From assembly GCA_963770835.1 (NCBI GenBank), contig CAVYRH010000010.1:151266-215265 (forward strand): DNA of 64,000 nucleotides, read 5' to 3'. Under the pieces are notes generated by a model. The model was not told where the DNA came from. It saw only the letters and a list, made by a program, of their open reading frames with translations, and did no database searches. Positions 42,635-51,985 of this stretch are shown in pieces. How positions within the stretch are numbered: the first letter of the stretch is position 1; each line of letters starts with the position of its first letter. Origin of the DNA: an uncultured Pseudomonadota bacterium. GTDB lineage: Bacteria > Oederibacteriota > Muellerivitia > Muellerivitales > Muellerivitaceae. Made by a program: the position numbers and the translations under genes.

Positions 42635-44209
42635 ATGAAGCCCCGTTCCCCTAGCGCCTTTGGCACCTTCCGCCCCCACTATCCGATCATCAGCTTCCTG
42701 CTTTTTTACTTCCTGTTCGTCCTCTTCACTTACCGGGACTACGGCGTGGCCTGGGACGAGTACGACGTCTATTCCCGGGGCGGGGCCCTGTTCCACTTCC
42801 TATTCGGGAAGGGCTTCGATCCCTCTTATTTCCTAGTTAACGACGGCAAGGCCGACGGCTGGGTGCTTTACGACTACTGGTACCCCATGCTCCTGTTCCT
42901 CCTCAACCACGGCTTCTCCCTGGAGTTCTTCCATTGGCTCAACCTGGGGTTCTCCGCCATCGTCTTTGTCGCGGTCTATGAACTGCTCTACAGCCAATAC
43001 CGCAACCCCTTCTTGGCGCTCCAGGGGCCGGTGTTCCTGTTTTTCATGCCCCGGTTCCTGGGCCACCTGCCTTTTACCCCCCGGGACACCCCCTTCGCCA
43101 TCACCTATTTCGCGGCCCTGTCCGCCCTCTATTTTCTGCGCACCAAAACGGGCGCGGTCAAAATCCTGGTCTTAGGCCTATTGTTCGGCATGGCCCAGGC
43201 TTCCCGCATGGTGGGGCTGTCCCTTTATGTCATTTGGGTTTTGTTCTATTTATACGAGCGGTACCAGGACAATGCCCTCTGGAAGCACAAGCCGGAAAGC
43301 GGAAAGAAACATATCCGCTTCGCCATCGACCTGGCTTCGACCTTCGCCGTTTCGCTCCTCTTCATGGCGGCCACCTGGCCCTACCTGGCCCACGGCTTTT
43401 TCTCCCGTTTCATGGAAATCCTGGGCGCCGCCTCCCGCTTCCCCTGGACGGGCCAGTTTCTCTTCAACGGCCAGATGGTCTCGGCCACGGACCTGCCCTT
43501 AACCTACCTGCCCCTCTGGGTTTTCTTTTCCACGCCGCCCTTCATCCTTTTTTTCCTGGCGGCGGCCCCCTTCACCGCCAAGCGGCAGCGGCCCAACCGC
43601 CTGCTGGCCTTTTTCGCCCTGGCCCTGGGGGTCAACCTGCTCCTGGTTTTCCTTCTGAAACCGGTGGTCTACTTGGGAATGCGCCATTTCCTCTACCTGC
43701 TTCCCATCCTGGGGCTCCTGGCCGCGGTTTCGGCCTCCGAATTCCTCATGAACATCCGCAGCCGCATCGTGTTCTGGGGCGTGTCCCTTCTCATCCTGGC
43801 CAATATGGGGGGGGTAGCCCGGCAGATGGAGAAACTGCATCCTTACGAGTACGTCTATTTCAATGAATTCACCGGCAGGCTGCCCGGGGCCTTTGGCCGG
43901 TTTGAGATCGAGGACCGGGGAAGCGCGGCCAAGGAGGCGGTGGAATGGCTTAAGAAGAACCGCTTCACGGACCCCCAAAAGACCTACCATGTTTCCTCCC
44001 TCCAGGACCCCTTCTCGACGGTTTATTACCTGCCCCCCAACGTGAAGTATGAGGATTCCCTGGACAAGGCCGATTTCCTTATCACCCTGCCTTTCAGCGG
44101 CCAGCACCGGTTCAAGAACAACCTCCTTTATTCTGTCACCCGCGAAGGGGTGCCGCTGATGGATATATACGAAAAAAGTCCGCAGTCGGCAGTCCACGGT
44201 CCGCAGTAA
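42635..44209 (+). CDS. GT-C fold membrane glycosyltransferase-like protein
   Basis: DYGVAWDE, PRFLGH..RDTPFA, TWPYL, LHPYEYVYFN; many TM segments. Confidence 0.7.
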   Translation: MKPRSPSAFGTFRPHYPIISFLLFYFLFVLFTYRDYGVAWDEYDVYSRGGALFHFLFGKGFDPSYFLVNDGKADGWVLYDYWYPMLLFLLNHGFSLEFFHWLNLGFSAIVFVAVYELLYSQYRNPFLALQGPVFLFFMPRFLGHLPFTPRDTPFAITYFAALSALYFLRTKTGAVKILVLGLLFGMAQASRMVGLSLYVIWVLFYLYERYQDNALWKHKPESGKKHIRFAIDLASTFAVSLLFMAATWPYLAHGFFSRFMEILGAASRFPWTGQFLFNGQMVSATDLPLTYLPLWVFFSTPPFILFFLAAAPFTAKRQRPNRLLAFFALALGVNLLLVFLLKPVVYLGMRHFLYLLPILGLLAAVSASEFLMNIRSRIVFWGVSLLILANMGGVARQMEKLHPYEYVYFNEFTGRLPGAFGRFEIEDRGSAAKEAVEWLKKNRFTDPQKTYHVSSLQDPFSTVYYLPPNVKYEDSLDKADFLITLPFSGQHRFKNNLLYSVTREGVPLMDIYEKSPQSAVHGPQ

Positions 44210-44285
44210 GACTTTTGTGATCCAGGCCATTGAAGAACCCAATTTCCAATACTAAATTGCTCTCAACTGACGAAGACAAAATTTG

Positions 44286-44368
44286 AACCACGGAGTACAC
44301 AGAGTGAGGCGTGGGATTTAAAAAAATCTTAAAGTCTTAACTCTGTGACCTCTGTGTACTCTGTGGTT
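44286..44368. repeat. ACAGAGTACACAGAG inverted repeat element, copy 2
   Basis: aaccacggagtacacagagt ... ctctgtgacctctgtgtactctgtggtt. Confidence 0.75.
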
Positions 44369-44380
44369 GAAGAAGGTTTT

Positions 44381-46975
44381 ATGGATATCAATAAATTCAC
44401 CCTTAACGCCCAGAACGCCCTGCAGGCCGCCCAGACGCTGGCCTCCGAATACGGCCACGCCCAAGTGGACAACGAACACCTGATGCTCACCCTTTTGCAA
44501 CAGGAAGAAAGCGTGGTTCCGCCCCTCTTGAAGAAGATTGGCGTGGACCCGTCTTTGCTGGAAAGGTCCCTGGAAAAGGACTTGAAGGGCCTGCCCAAGG
44601 TGGAAGGCGGCGGCCAGATCTATGTCACGCCCCGCCTCGCCAAGGCCCTCGACCAGGCCCACAAGGAAGCGGACAAGATGAAGGACGAGTACGTTTCCAC
44701 CGAGCACCTTTTCCTCGCCCTCCTGGAAGCGCCCCACGCCCCCGGTTACGGGGAGGATTGGGGAGTGAAGGGCCTCACCAAGCGCTATGGCTTGAACCGG
44801 GACAACATCCTCAGGGCCCTCGCGGAAGTCCGGGGTTCCAGCCGCGTCACCGACCAAAACCCGGAAGCCAAGTACCAGGCCCTTGAAAAATACGGCAAGG
44901 ACCTCACCGACCTCGCCCGCCGGGGCAAGCTGGACCCGGTCATCGGCCGCGACGAGGAAATCCGCCGCGTCATCCAAGTGCTGTCGCGCCGAACCAAGAA
45001 TAATCCCGTTTTGATCGGCGAACCCGGCGTGGGCAAGACCGCCATCGCGGAAGGCCTAGCGGGGCGCATCGTTTCCGGCGACGTGCCGGAAGGCTTGAAG
45101 GGGAAAAGGGTCATCGCGATGGACCTGGGGTCCATGGTGGCCGGCGCCAAGTTTCGCGGCGAATTCGAGGACCGCTTGAAGGCCTTCTTAAAGGAAGTCA
45201 CCGAAAGCGAAGGCCAGATCATCCTTTTCATCGACGAACTCCACAACCTGGTGGGCGCGGGCCGCGCCGAGGGCTCCATGGACGCCTCCAATATGCTCAA
45301 GCCCGCCCTGGCGCGCGGGGAACTGCGGGCCGTCGGCGCCACCACGCTCGACGAATACCGGAAGTACATCGAGAAGGACCCGGCCCTGGAACGCCGCTTC
45401 CAGCAGGTTTACGTGGGTGAACCCTCGGTGCCCGACACCATTTCCATCCTGCGGGGCCTCAAGGAACGCTACGAACTGCACCATGGCGTGCGCATCCAGG
45501 ACGCGGCCCTGGTGGCCGCCGCGGTTCTTTCCAACCGCTATATCACCAACCGCTTCCTGCCGGATAAGGCCATCGACTTGATCGACGAAGCCGCCTCCAA
45601 GCTCCGCATCGAGATCGACTCCATGCCGGTGGAACTCGACGAGGTGGAACGCAAGATCCGCCAGCTGGAGATTGAAAAACAGGCCCTGCAAAAAGAAAAA
45701 GACGAGGCCTCCAAGGACCGGCTGGCCAAGCTGGAAAAAGAAATGGCCAACCTCAAGGAAAACTCCTCGGGCATGAAGGCCCAATGGCAGGGCGAAAAGA
45801 AAGCTATCCAGGAACTCCGCAAGATCAAGGAAGACCTCGACGCGCTCAAGCTCCAGGAAACCCATTTCGAAAGGGAGGGGAAGCTCGATAAGGTAGCGGA
45901 AATCCGCTACGACAAGCTGCCCAAGCTCCAGAAACACGTGAAGGACCTGGAGGATAAACTCGCGGAAATCCAAAAGAAGGGCGGCTTGCTGAAAGAAGAA
46001 GTTACCGAACAGGAAATCGCCGAGGTGGTGGCCAAGTGGACGGGCATTCCCGTTTCCAAAATGATGGAAGGGGAAACCGAAAAGCTTATCAAGCTGGAAG
46101 ACGCACTCAAGAAACGCGTGGTGGGGCAGGAGGAGGCAGTTTCCGCCGTGGCCAATGCCATCCGCCGGTCGCGCTCCGGCCTGGCCGACCCCAATAGGCC
46201 CTTAGGGTCCTTCCTCTTCGTGGGGCCTACCGGCGTGGGTAAGACCGAACTGGCGAAAGCTTTGGCAGGGTACCTCTTCGACGACGAAAAGATGATGATC
46301 CGAATCGACATGAGCGAATACATGGAAAAGCACTCGGTGGCGCGGCTTATCGGCGCACCCCCGGGCTATGTGGGCTACGACGAAGGCGGGCAATTGACCG
46401 AGGCCGTGCGCCGCAGGCCCTATTCGGTGGTGCTTTTTGACGAGGTCGAAAAGGCCCACCCGGACGTTTTCAACGTGCTCTTGCAGGTTCTGGACGATGG
46501 CCGCCTGACCGACAGCCAGGGAAGGGTGGTGGATTTCAAGAACACCGTCCTCATCATGACCAGCAATATCGCCTCCCAGAAGATCATGGAGGGGAATAAG
46601 GACGAGGATTTAAAGGACGCTTTGCAGAAGGAACTGCGCCAGTTCTTCCGGCCCGAGTTCCTCAACCGCATCGACGACATCGTGATTTTCCACCGGCTTC
46701 ATGAAGACCAGTTGGAATCCATCGTGAATATCCAGCTCGAGGCCCTTCGCAACCGCCTGGCGGATAAGAAGATCAAGCTGGAGATGTCCAAAGGCGCCCT
46801 GGCCTACCTCGCCGAACGCGGCTATGACCCGGTTTATGGCGCGCGTCCGCTCAAAAGATTAATTCAACACGAACTTGTGGACAAAATGGCCTTAAAGCTC
46901 CTCGACGGGGAAATAAAAGAAAACACCATCGTTCATGTCGATGTCTCCAAGGGCGGCCAGTTATCCATTATTTAA
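44381..46975 (+). CDS. clpB: ATP-dependent chaperone ClpB
   Basis: Two AAA+ modules ([16 protein letters not shown]), long middle coiled coil, GAPPGYVGY. Confidence 0.97.
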   Translation: MDINKFTLNAQNALQAAQTLASEYGHAQVDNEHLMLTLLQQEESVVPPLLKKIGVDPSLLERSLEKDLKGLPKVEGGGQIYVTPRLAKALDQAHKEADKMKDEYVSTEHLFLALLEAPHAPGYGEDWGVKGLTKRYGLNRDNILRALAEVRGSSRVTDQNPEAKYQALEKYGKDLTDLARRGKLDPVIGRDEEIRRVIQVLSRRTKNNPVLIGEPGVGKTAIAEGLAGRIVSGDVPEGLKGKRVIAMDLGSMVAGAKFRGEFEDRLKAFLKEVTESEGQIILFIDELHNLVGAGRAEGSMDASNMLKPALARGELRAVGATTLDEYRKYIEKDPALERRFQQVYVGEPSVPDTISILRGLKERYELHHGVRIQDAALVAAAVLSNRYITNRFLPDKAIDLIDEAASKLRIEIDSMPVELDEVERKIRQLEIEKQALQKEKDEASKDRLAKLEKEMANLKENSSGMKAQWQGEKKAIQELRKIKEDLDALKLQETHFEREGKLDKVAEIRYDKLPKLQKHVKDLEDKLAEIQKKGGLLKEEVTEQEIAEVVAKWTGIPVSKMMEGETEKLIKLEDALKKRVVGQEEAVSAVANAIRRSRSGLADPNRPLGSFLFVGPTGVGKTELAKALAGYLFDDEKMMIRIDMSEYMEKHSVARLIGAPPGYVGYDEGGQLTEAVRRRPYSVVLFDEVEKAHPDVFNVLLQVLDDGRLTDSQGRVVDFKNTVLIMTSNIASQKIMEGNKDEDLKDALQKELRQFFRPEFLNRIDDIVIFHRLHEDQLESIVNIQLEALRNRLADKKIKLEMSKGALAYLAERGYDPVYGARPLKRLIQHELVDKMALKLLDGEIKENTIVHVDVSKGGQLSII

Positions 46976-47066
46976 ATTTGAGAAAACTGGCCATGTGCAA
47001 ATTTCAAAAATAATGTTCTGACAATGTGAATTTGCCGGAGAAATCATAATTAAGTAAGATGGCTTG

Positions 47067-47124
47067 CCCTCCGAAGCCGCCTGTCTCCCGAAGCTTTAGC
47101 GAAGGGAGATGGCGTAGGAGTGGG
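47067..47124. repeat. Nested GAA-tagged palindromic repeat
   Basis: CTCC GAA GCC[..TCTCCC GAA GCTTTAGC GAA GGGAGA]TGGC GTA GGAG. Confidence 0.7.
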
Positions 47125-47607
47125 AAAGCAAGTAGGTCTCTTCTCTTTTCGAAAAAAAACAGGGAAAACGGTTTTTCCCAAGTGGGACACCCCTATTCGG
47201 GGGGGTGGCCGTTGGGTGAAGTTTGCGCTCGTGGCACGAGGGTGATAGCCTATTTATAGAAGACCGACTTCCCGAAAGAAGTCCTCTTCCATCGTTTTTT
47301 CAGGCCCGGCTTGCGGTCGGGTTTGCCATCCGAGCTGTTCGATTGGTTTGCCCACCAAAGATTTCATTCATCCCCGGCTTCCTGTCCTTTGGAGCGCCCT
47401 CTTGAGGCGGGAGTCCGGTTTCTCAACCCCGGCCTGGTTTTTCCATGCCGGGACTGTTTTCCGCTTCGCCCAAGAAATGATGGCCCACTGACAAGGAAAG
47501 CCATGGTTTCTTTCCACAAGGACCGGCTTTTGAAGCGGCCCTGGAACCACCCCACCTAGGCTGAAACCTAGCCCATCGATTGATCGGTGTTTCGCTAGGA
47601 GGATGCG

Positions 47608-47907
47608 ATGAGAAAAATAAAACTGGTCTCGTTTTTGGTTTTGAGCCTGGCCCTGTCGGTGGGGCTCCCCGCCTTGGTTATGGGGCAATCAGCGCCAACC
47701 GGTGGAAATGGCTCCGGCACTTCGAACCCGGGTGGAAAGCCAACCCCGGTTCCCACACCGGCCCCGACCCCTGTCATCGGGGATTGCGATGGCGATGCGG
47801 ACGCGGAGGGTTGCTTGGGGGCGCTGTATTTCCTGTTCGACTGGGATGGATGCCATCACTTCGACTATTCCAGGTTCGGTGACCGGGGGAGATGCGGACG
47901 CGACTAA
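47608..47907 (+). CDS. Small secreted Pro/Thr-linker, 4-Cys protein
   Basis: AGGAGG RBS, signal peptide, PTP repeats, terminator downstream. Confidence 0.7.
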   Translation: MRKIKLVSFLVLSLALSVGLPALVMGQSAPTGGNGSGTSNPGGKPTPVPTPAPTPVIGDCDGDADAEGCLGALYFLFDWDGCHHFDYSRFGDRGRCGRD

Positions 47908-47928
47908 AACTGGAGAAGGTGTAATGGG

Positions 47929-47961
47929 GGCCGGTTCCTCTTGGAGGGCCGGCCTTTTTTT
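47929..47961 (+). terminator. Intrinsic terminator
   Basis: GGCCGGTTCCTC-TTG-GAGGGCCGGCC followed by T7. Confidence 0.75.
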
Positions 47962-48110
47962 ATTGATTGAGGCGGTCCATGGAGAAGAAACAAAGGGGCC
48001 AGTGTGGCCCCTTTTCCGCGGTTCCGTAAGCCTTACCTCCTGGCCGTTCGAACTGCGATATACTTCATCCCGATATGACAATGAACCTGTTTATTTAAAG
48101 GTATCTTACT

Positions 48111-49406
48111 ATGCGCTTCCAGACGGCAAGTCTTTTCCGCCGGGCAATTCTCCCCGCCCTCTTCCTGGCCGTCCTCGGGGGCTCCTCCCGGTTGGCGGCC
48201 CAAACCAAGGTCCTGATTTACTTTAATTCCGATGACCCGGCTGCCTCCGCGGAACCGATGACTGTGGTCACGAACATACTCACCGCCGAGGGTGCCCAGG
48301 TGACCTCCATCGGCGTCTCGACCGCGGGGTATTGCCCCACGGCCGACAACTGGGGTGCTTACAACCAAGTCTGGGACATGCGGATGGAGAACAGCGGATC
48401 GGGTTGCCCCCCCACGACCACCCTTGCCGACGTCTTCAGCGCCTGTTGGCAGAACCAGGCCGTGACCTACCTGGAATCCGGCGGGGACATCTACCTGACC
48501 GGGGAGTGGAGTTTTATCGCCAACAGGACCCAGGGCGTCGCCGACTTTCTCATCACCATCGGGGCCGTCTCGGCGGGATACACCGATTGCCCGGGAACGA
48601 CCGGCAACGGCTTGGACCAGAACCAGGCATTCCTTCCCGCCGTTTTCCCGGGCCAGGCGGGCCCGACCAGTTTCTTGGGGATCGCGGTGGGGGGCATCCC
48701 TTTGCAGTACCTCAACGGGACCAATTTTGTCAGTGACCCGGTCCTGGCCGATTGGACCGACGGGGAGAACCGCTCCATGGCCTCCGGTTGGAAGGGCAGT
48801 TTGGGGCAAATGGCCAACCTGACCGGTACCGTGGGGAACCTCGTGACCGTTTGGGATTCCAGCTACCTGGTTCAGCCCTATTTCCAGGGGGTCACCCAAA
48901 CGGAGAATACGGTTTTTGTGGAAGCCATCTACTGTTACCTGGGCGGGGGGACCTGTCCGAATACGCCCACGCCCAGCGCCACCCCCGCCCTTACCCCCAC
49001 GGCCACTTCGACTTTCACCCCCACCCCCACGCCCGCACTGACCGCCACGGGCACCCCGACCCAAACGCCCACGGTCACACCGACCGGCATGGTCACTACA
49101 ACCCAAACCCCCACGGCTTCCCCTACTCCCCCCTGCCAGACGCATCTTTGGCCCGATCCCTTTAACCTGAAATATGCGGTGAACGGGGTCTTGAATATAA
49201 GCTGCTTGCCGGCAGGGACGACCGTGGTTTTCTACACCCTTTCGGGGGAACAGGTCCAGGGCCTTCCGGAAACAGGGGGGATGGTCCAATGGAACGGCCA
49301 CAATTCATCAGGCGCCCGGGTCTCCTCGGGCATCTACTTCTACGCGATCCTGCAGGGAAATAATGTTTTGGGGACGGGGAAATTCATGTTGATCGATCAT
49401 AACTAA
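48111..49406 (+). CDS. Secreted protein with PT-rich linker and C-terminal FlgD/T9SS-CTD-like Ig domain
   Basis: Signal peptide; TPT repeats; WPDPFN...FYTLSGEQV...WNG...VSSGIYFY. Confidence 0.75.
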   Translation: MRFQTASLFRRAILPALFLAVLGGSSRLAAQTKVLIYFNSDDPAASAEPMTVVTNILTAEGAQVTSIGVSTAGYCPTADNWGAYNQVWDMRMENSGSGCPPTTTLADVFSACWQNQAVTYLESGGDIYLTGEWSFIANRTQGVADFLITIGAVSAGYTDCPGTTGNGLDQNQAFLPAVFPGQAGPTSFLGIAVGGIPLQYLNGTNFVSDPVLADWTDGENRSMASGWKGSLGQMANLTGTVGNLVTVWDSSYLVQPYFQGVTQTENTVFVEAIYCYLGGGTCPNTPTPSATPALTPTATSTFTPTPTPALTATGTPTQTPTVTPTGMVTTTQTPTASPTPPCQTHLWPDPFNLKYAVNGVLNISCLPAGTTVVFYTLSGEQVQGLPETGGMVQWNGHNSSGARVSSGIYFYAILQGNNVLGTGKFMLIDHN

Positions 49407-49488
49407 GTGAACAGCGAGGCCAATTTGATCCCTTTGATGTTATCGGTTCTTACAGGATGCTGAAGAAGCCGTATAAGCGCTGTCGTTG

Positions 49489-49520
49489 TCGTAGGGGCAA
49501 GGCATGCCTTGCCCCTACGA
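49489..49520. repeat. GTAG-type REP, 32-bp perfect palindrome
   Basis: TCGTAGGGGCAAGGCATGCCTTGCCCCTACGA. Confidence 0.8.
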
Positions 49521-49683
49521 AAAACCTGCGTTTTTAAGAATCCGCCGGACTGGGAAAGCCGTATCAAGCCCCCGGGAAATGTGATAGATATTGGGACATG
49601 AATCCATCACTTGAATGGTTCCGCGGCAGGGGCGCCTTTAAGGGGCCCGGCCCAGCCTTCCGCGGAACACGCCCTTTTCCCCT

Positions 49684-50238
49684 ATGAACACGCCAGTTTC
49701 CTTGATCGTTACGGCGCTGATTGCCGTTCCTTTCGTTGGTTGGCGCGTTTACACGCGTTTTCACCGCATGGTCGGACGGCAGCGGTTGTCCAAGCGGCGC
49801 ATGTGGATCCCCTTGGTCCTTTACACCACCTTGCTGTCCCTCCTCTGTTGGGCCGGGCGCGCCCAACCGGAAAGCTTGGGGTGGCTTGCCCTCGGCCTGG
49901 GCTTGGGTTCGGGGCTGGGCTTCTTCGGCCTGAAAAATACGGTTTTCGAACCTACCCCGAAAGGGCTGTTCTATACGCCCCATACCCACTTTGGCGTCGC
50001 TCTCTCTTTCTTGTTCGCCGCGCGCGTGGCCTACCGTCTCGCCGTCGTTTTTGCCGCCGGAGGAACGGCGCCCCCGGCAATGGGCGGTTTCGGGCGCAGC
50101 CCCATAACCCTTGTTGTGTTCGGACTGCTGGCGGGTTACTCCCTCACCTACGCCATCGGCCTGATGCGTTGGCGGTTCCGTGTTTTACGGGCCAAGCGCC
50201 GGCGCGAGGCGCTGAAATCGGGGACGGGAAACGCCTAA
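49684..50238 (+). CDS. DUF1453/CcdC-like membrane protein
   Basis: GRQRL, TVFEPTPKGLFYTPHTHFG, RVAYR, SPIT. Confidence 0.7.
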   Translation: MNTPVSLIVTALIAVPFVGWRVYTRFHRMVGRQRLSKRRMWIPLVLYTTLLSLLCWAGRAQPESLGWLALGLGLGSGLGFFGLKNTVFEPTPKGLFYTPHTHFGVALSFLFAARVAYRLAVVFAAGGTAPPAMGGFGRSPITLVVFGLLAGYSLTYAIGLMRWRFRVLRAKRRREALKSGTGNA

Positions 50239-50370
50239 GCCGTCTTGAGACAAAGGGGCAGCTATTGATTACCAGCGGTCAGCTTCTCTAAACGAGGGAC
50301 CAGGCAGTGAAGGTGGATGCTTCCAAGAGTGGGGAACTGATCATTAAATCTTAAAGTGTTGAACGGCCTG

Positions 50371-50429
50371 TCTACCGGCCCGTCCACCGAAGCTCAACGA
50401 GCGTAGGTGGAAGCTTTAGCGTAGGTAGA
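50371..50429. repeat. Nested GAA-tagged palindromic repeat
   Basis: TCTACC[..TCCACC GAA GCTCAACGAGC GTA GGTGGA]AGCTTTAGC GTA GGTAGA. Confidence 0.7.
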
Positions 50430-50491
50430 TGGCCCGGCTCCTTTGTTTCACTAAAGAATCACCCTGACCCTTTTGTCCCCGGAGTTGAAAC

Positions 50492-51682
50492 ATGATGGGT
50501 AAAGATTTGGAAAACGGATGGGCCCGTCGCTTCAGGCTTTCAGTATTGCTTTTGGCGGCTTTCCTTTGGCCCGGGGCCCTTCAGGCCCTGGATTGCACGG
50601 GGAAGCTGGTGGTTTCCCAGGTCAAGAAGGGTAAAGAAACCTATTTTTACGCCGTCAACAAGGACCCCTGGTTCCCGATCCACGTGAAGTTTGAAATGGC
50701 GCTTCAGGGCCATTACAAATTCTCCGCCCCTCTTCCTGTCCAAACGGTCGTGCCGCCCGGCCAGGAGGTATTGCTGGGCGTCTTGAGGGTGGAACCGGGC
50801 CCGGGTTCCAGCCATTGCTCGACCAATGCCGGGTTCTTTTACGGCGACCCCGGCGCCGTTCCCGACCCGAATGCCGTCTACCTTTTCCCCTGGGAGCACG
50901 GCGTGAAGCACGTGGTGGTGCAAGGCTATTACGGCCATTACACCCACCAGACCTGCCAGTGCCTGGACTTCGACCTGAAGGAAAACAGCCCCGTTTGCGC
51001 CGCCCGGGACGGCCAAGTGGTGGCCCTGAAGCAGGATTCGGACATTGGCGGCCCGGACGCCCGCTTCGGGAAGGATGCCAATTACGTCGTCATCCTCCAT
51101 TCGGACGGCACCTGGGCCAATTACGACCACTTGCGCCGGAATGGGGCCGCGGTCGAACTGGGGCAATGGGTGAAGGCCGGGCAGGTTATCGGCTACAGCG
51201 GCCACACGGGATGGGCCAAGGGGCCCCACCTTCATTTCGACGTGCGAAAGGCCAGCTGGGAAAAGGGGGAATCCCCGACCCTGGCCACCCTGTTCCTCCA
51301 GCAGGACGGCGGGGCCGTCAGCGCCGAGGAGGGAAAATATTATTATTCCTACCATCCGGGCGGAAAGGCTTTTACGGAAATAAGGGCCGAACTGTACACC
51401 GAGGCGGCGCTGGACCAATACTCCGTACCCGCCACCCTCAGCGGCTCGGTCACCCTCCGCCAGTTCGACCTGGATTCGGACGTCCTGATCTACGCCCAGA
51501 ACGGGACGGGCCGGGACGAGACCTTCACGGTTAATTTTCCGACCCTGGAGGACTACACCTGCTCCAAGCCCCTGCCCTATACCAAGGTGGTCCCGGCGGG
51601 AAAGGAAGTCTACCTCCTGAGGCTCCACCGGGCCGCATTGGATTCGCCCTCCCGCTATAATGTCCATTATTCCTACCGCTAA
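50492..51682 (+). CDS. M23 family metallopeptidase, secreted
   Basis: H..LDF, AARDG, YDHL, GYSGHTG, GPHLHF. Confidence 0.9.
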   Translation: MMGKDLENGWARRFRLSVLLLAAFLWPGALQALDCTGKLVVSQVKKGKETYFYAVNKDPWFPIHVKFEMALQGHYKFSAPLPVQTVVPPGQEVLLGVLRVEPGPGSSHCSTNAGFFYGDPGAVPDPNAVYLFPWEHGVKHVVVQGYYGHYTHQTCQCLDFDLKENSPVCAARDGQVVALKQDSDIGGPDARFGKDANYVVILHSDGTWANYDHLRRNGAAVELGQWVKAGQVIGYSGHTGWAKGPHLHFDVRKASWEKGESPTLATLFLQQDGGAVSAEEGKYYYSYHPGGKAFTEIRAELYTEAALDQYSVPATLSGSVTLRQFDLDSDVLIYAQNGTGRDETFTVNFPTLEDYTCSKPLPYTKVVPAGKEVYLLRLHRAALDSPSRYNVHYSYR

Positions 51683-51813
51683 AATCAAAACGGACGGGGC
51701 CTGTCCAACGGAACGAGGCATCTATGCCTTTAAAATGGAAAAGGCAGGCCAGGCATCTTTGTTCCGGAGCTGAACGCACGGCCTTTTGGGCGGGGAAAAA
51801 GGCGTGAAAGGGG

Positions 51814-51972
51814 GGTCATGCATCAGTTTGAAAAGAAAATGTTACTCCACCCTCACCCCTCCCTCTCCCCTCAAGGGAGAGGGGGAAACACCGCTAAAAA
51901 CCCTCGCCCCTTGGGGGAGAGGGTAGGGTGAGGGGTGCCTTAAGGTTGTCTAACTCAAACTGAGTCATTACC
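51814..51972 (+). mobile_element. IS1-like MITE, short form (159 bp)
   Basis: 18-bp imperfect TIRs; 8-bp TSD GAAAGGGG. Confidence 0.85.
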
Positions 51973-51985
51973 GAAAGGGGATTTC

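Noticed and set aside
47030..47060. Possible dif/Xer-like site after clpB (similar near 60000)
   Set aside because: Too many mismatches and wrong spacer length
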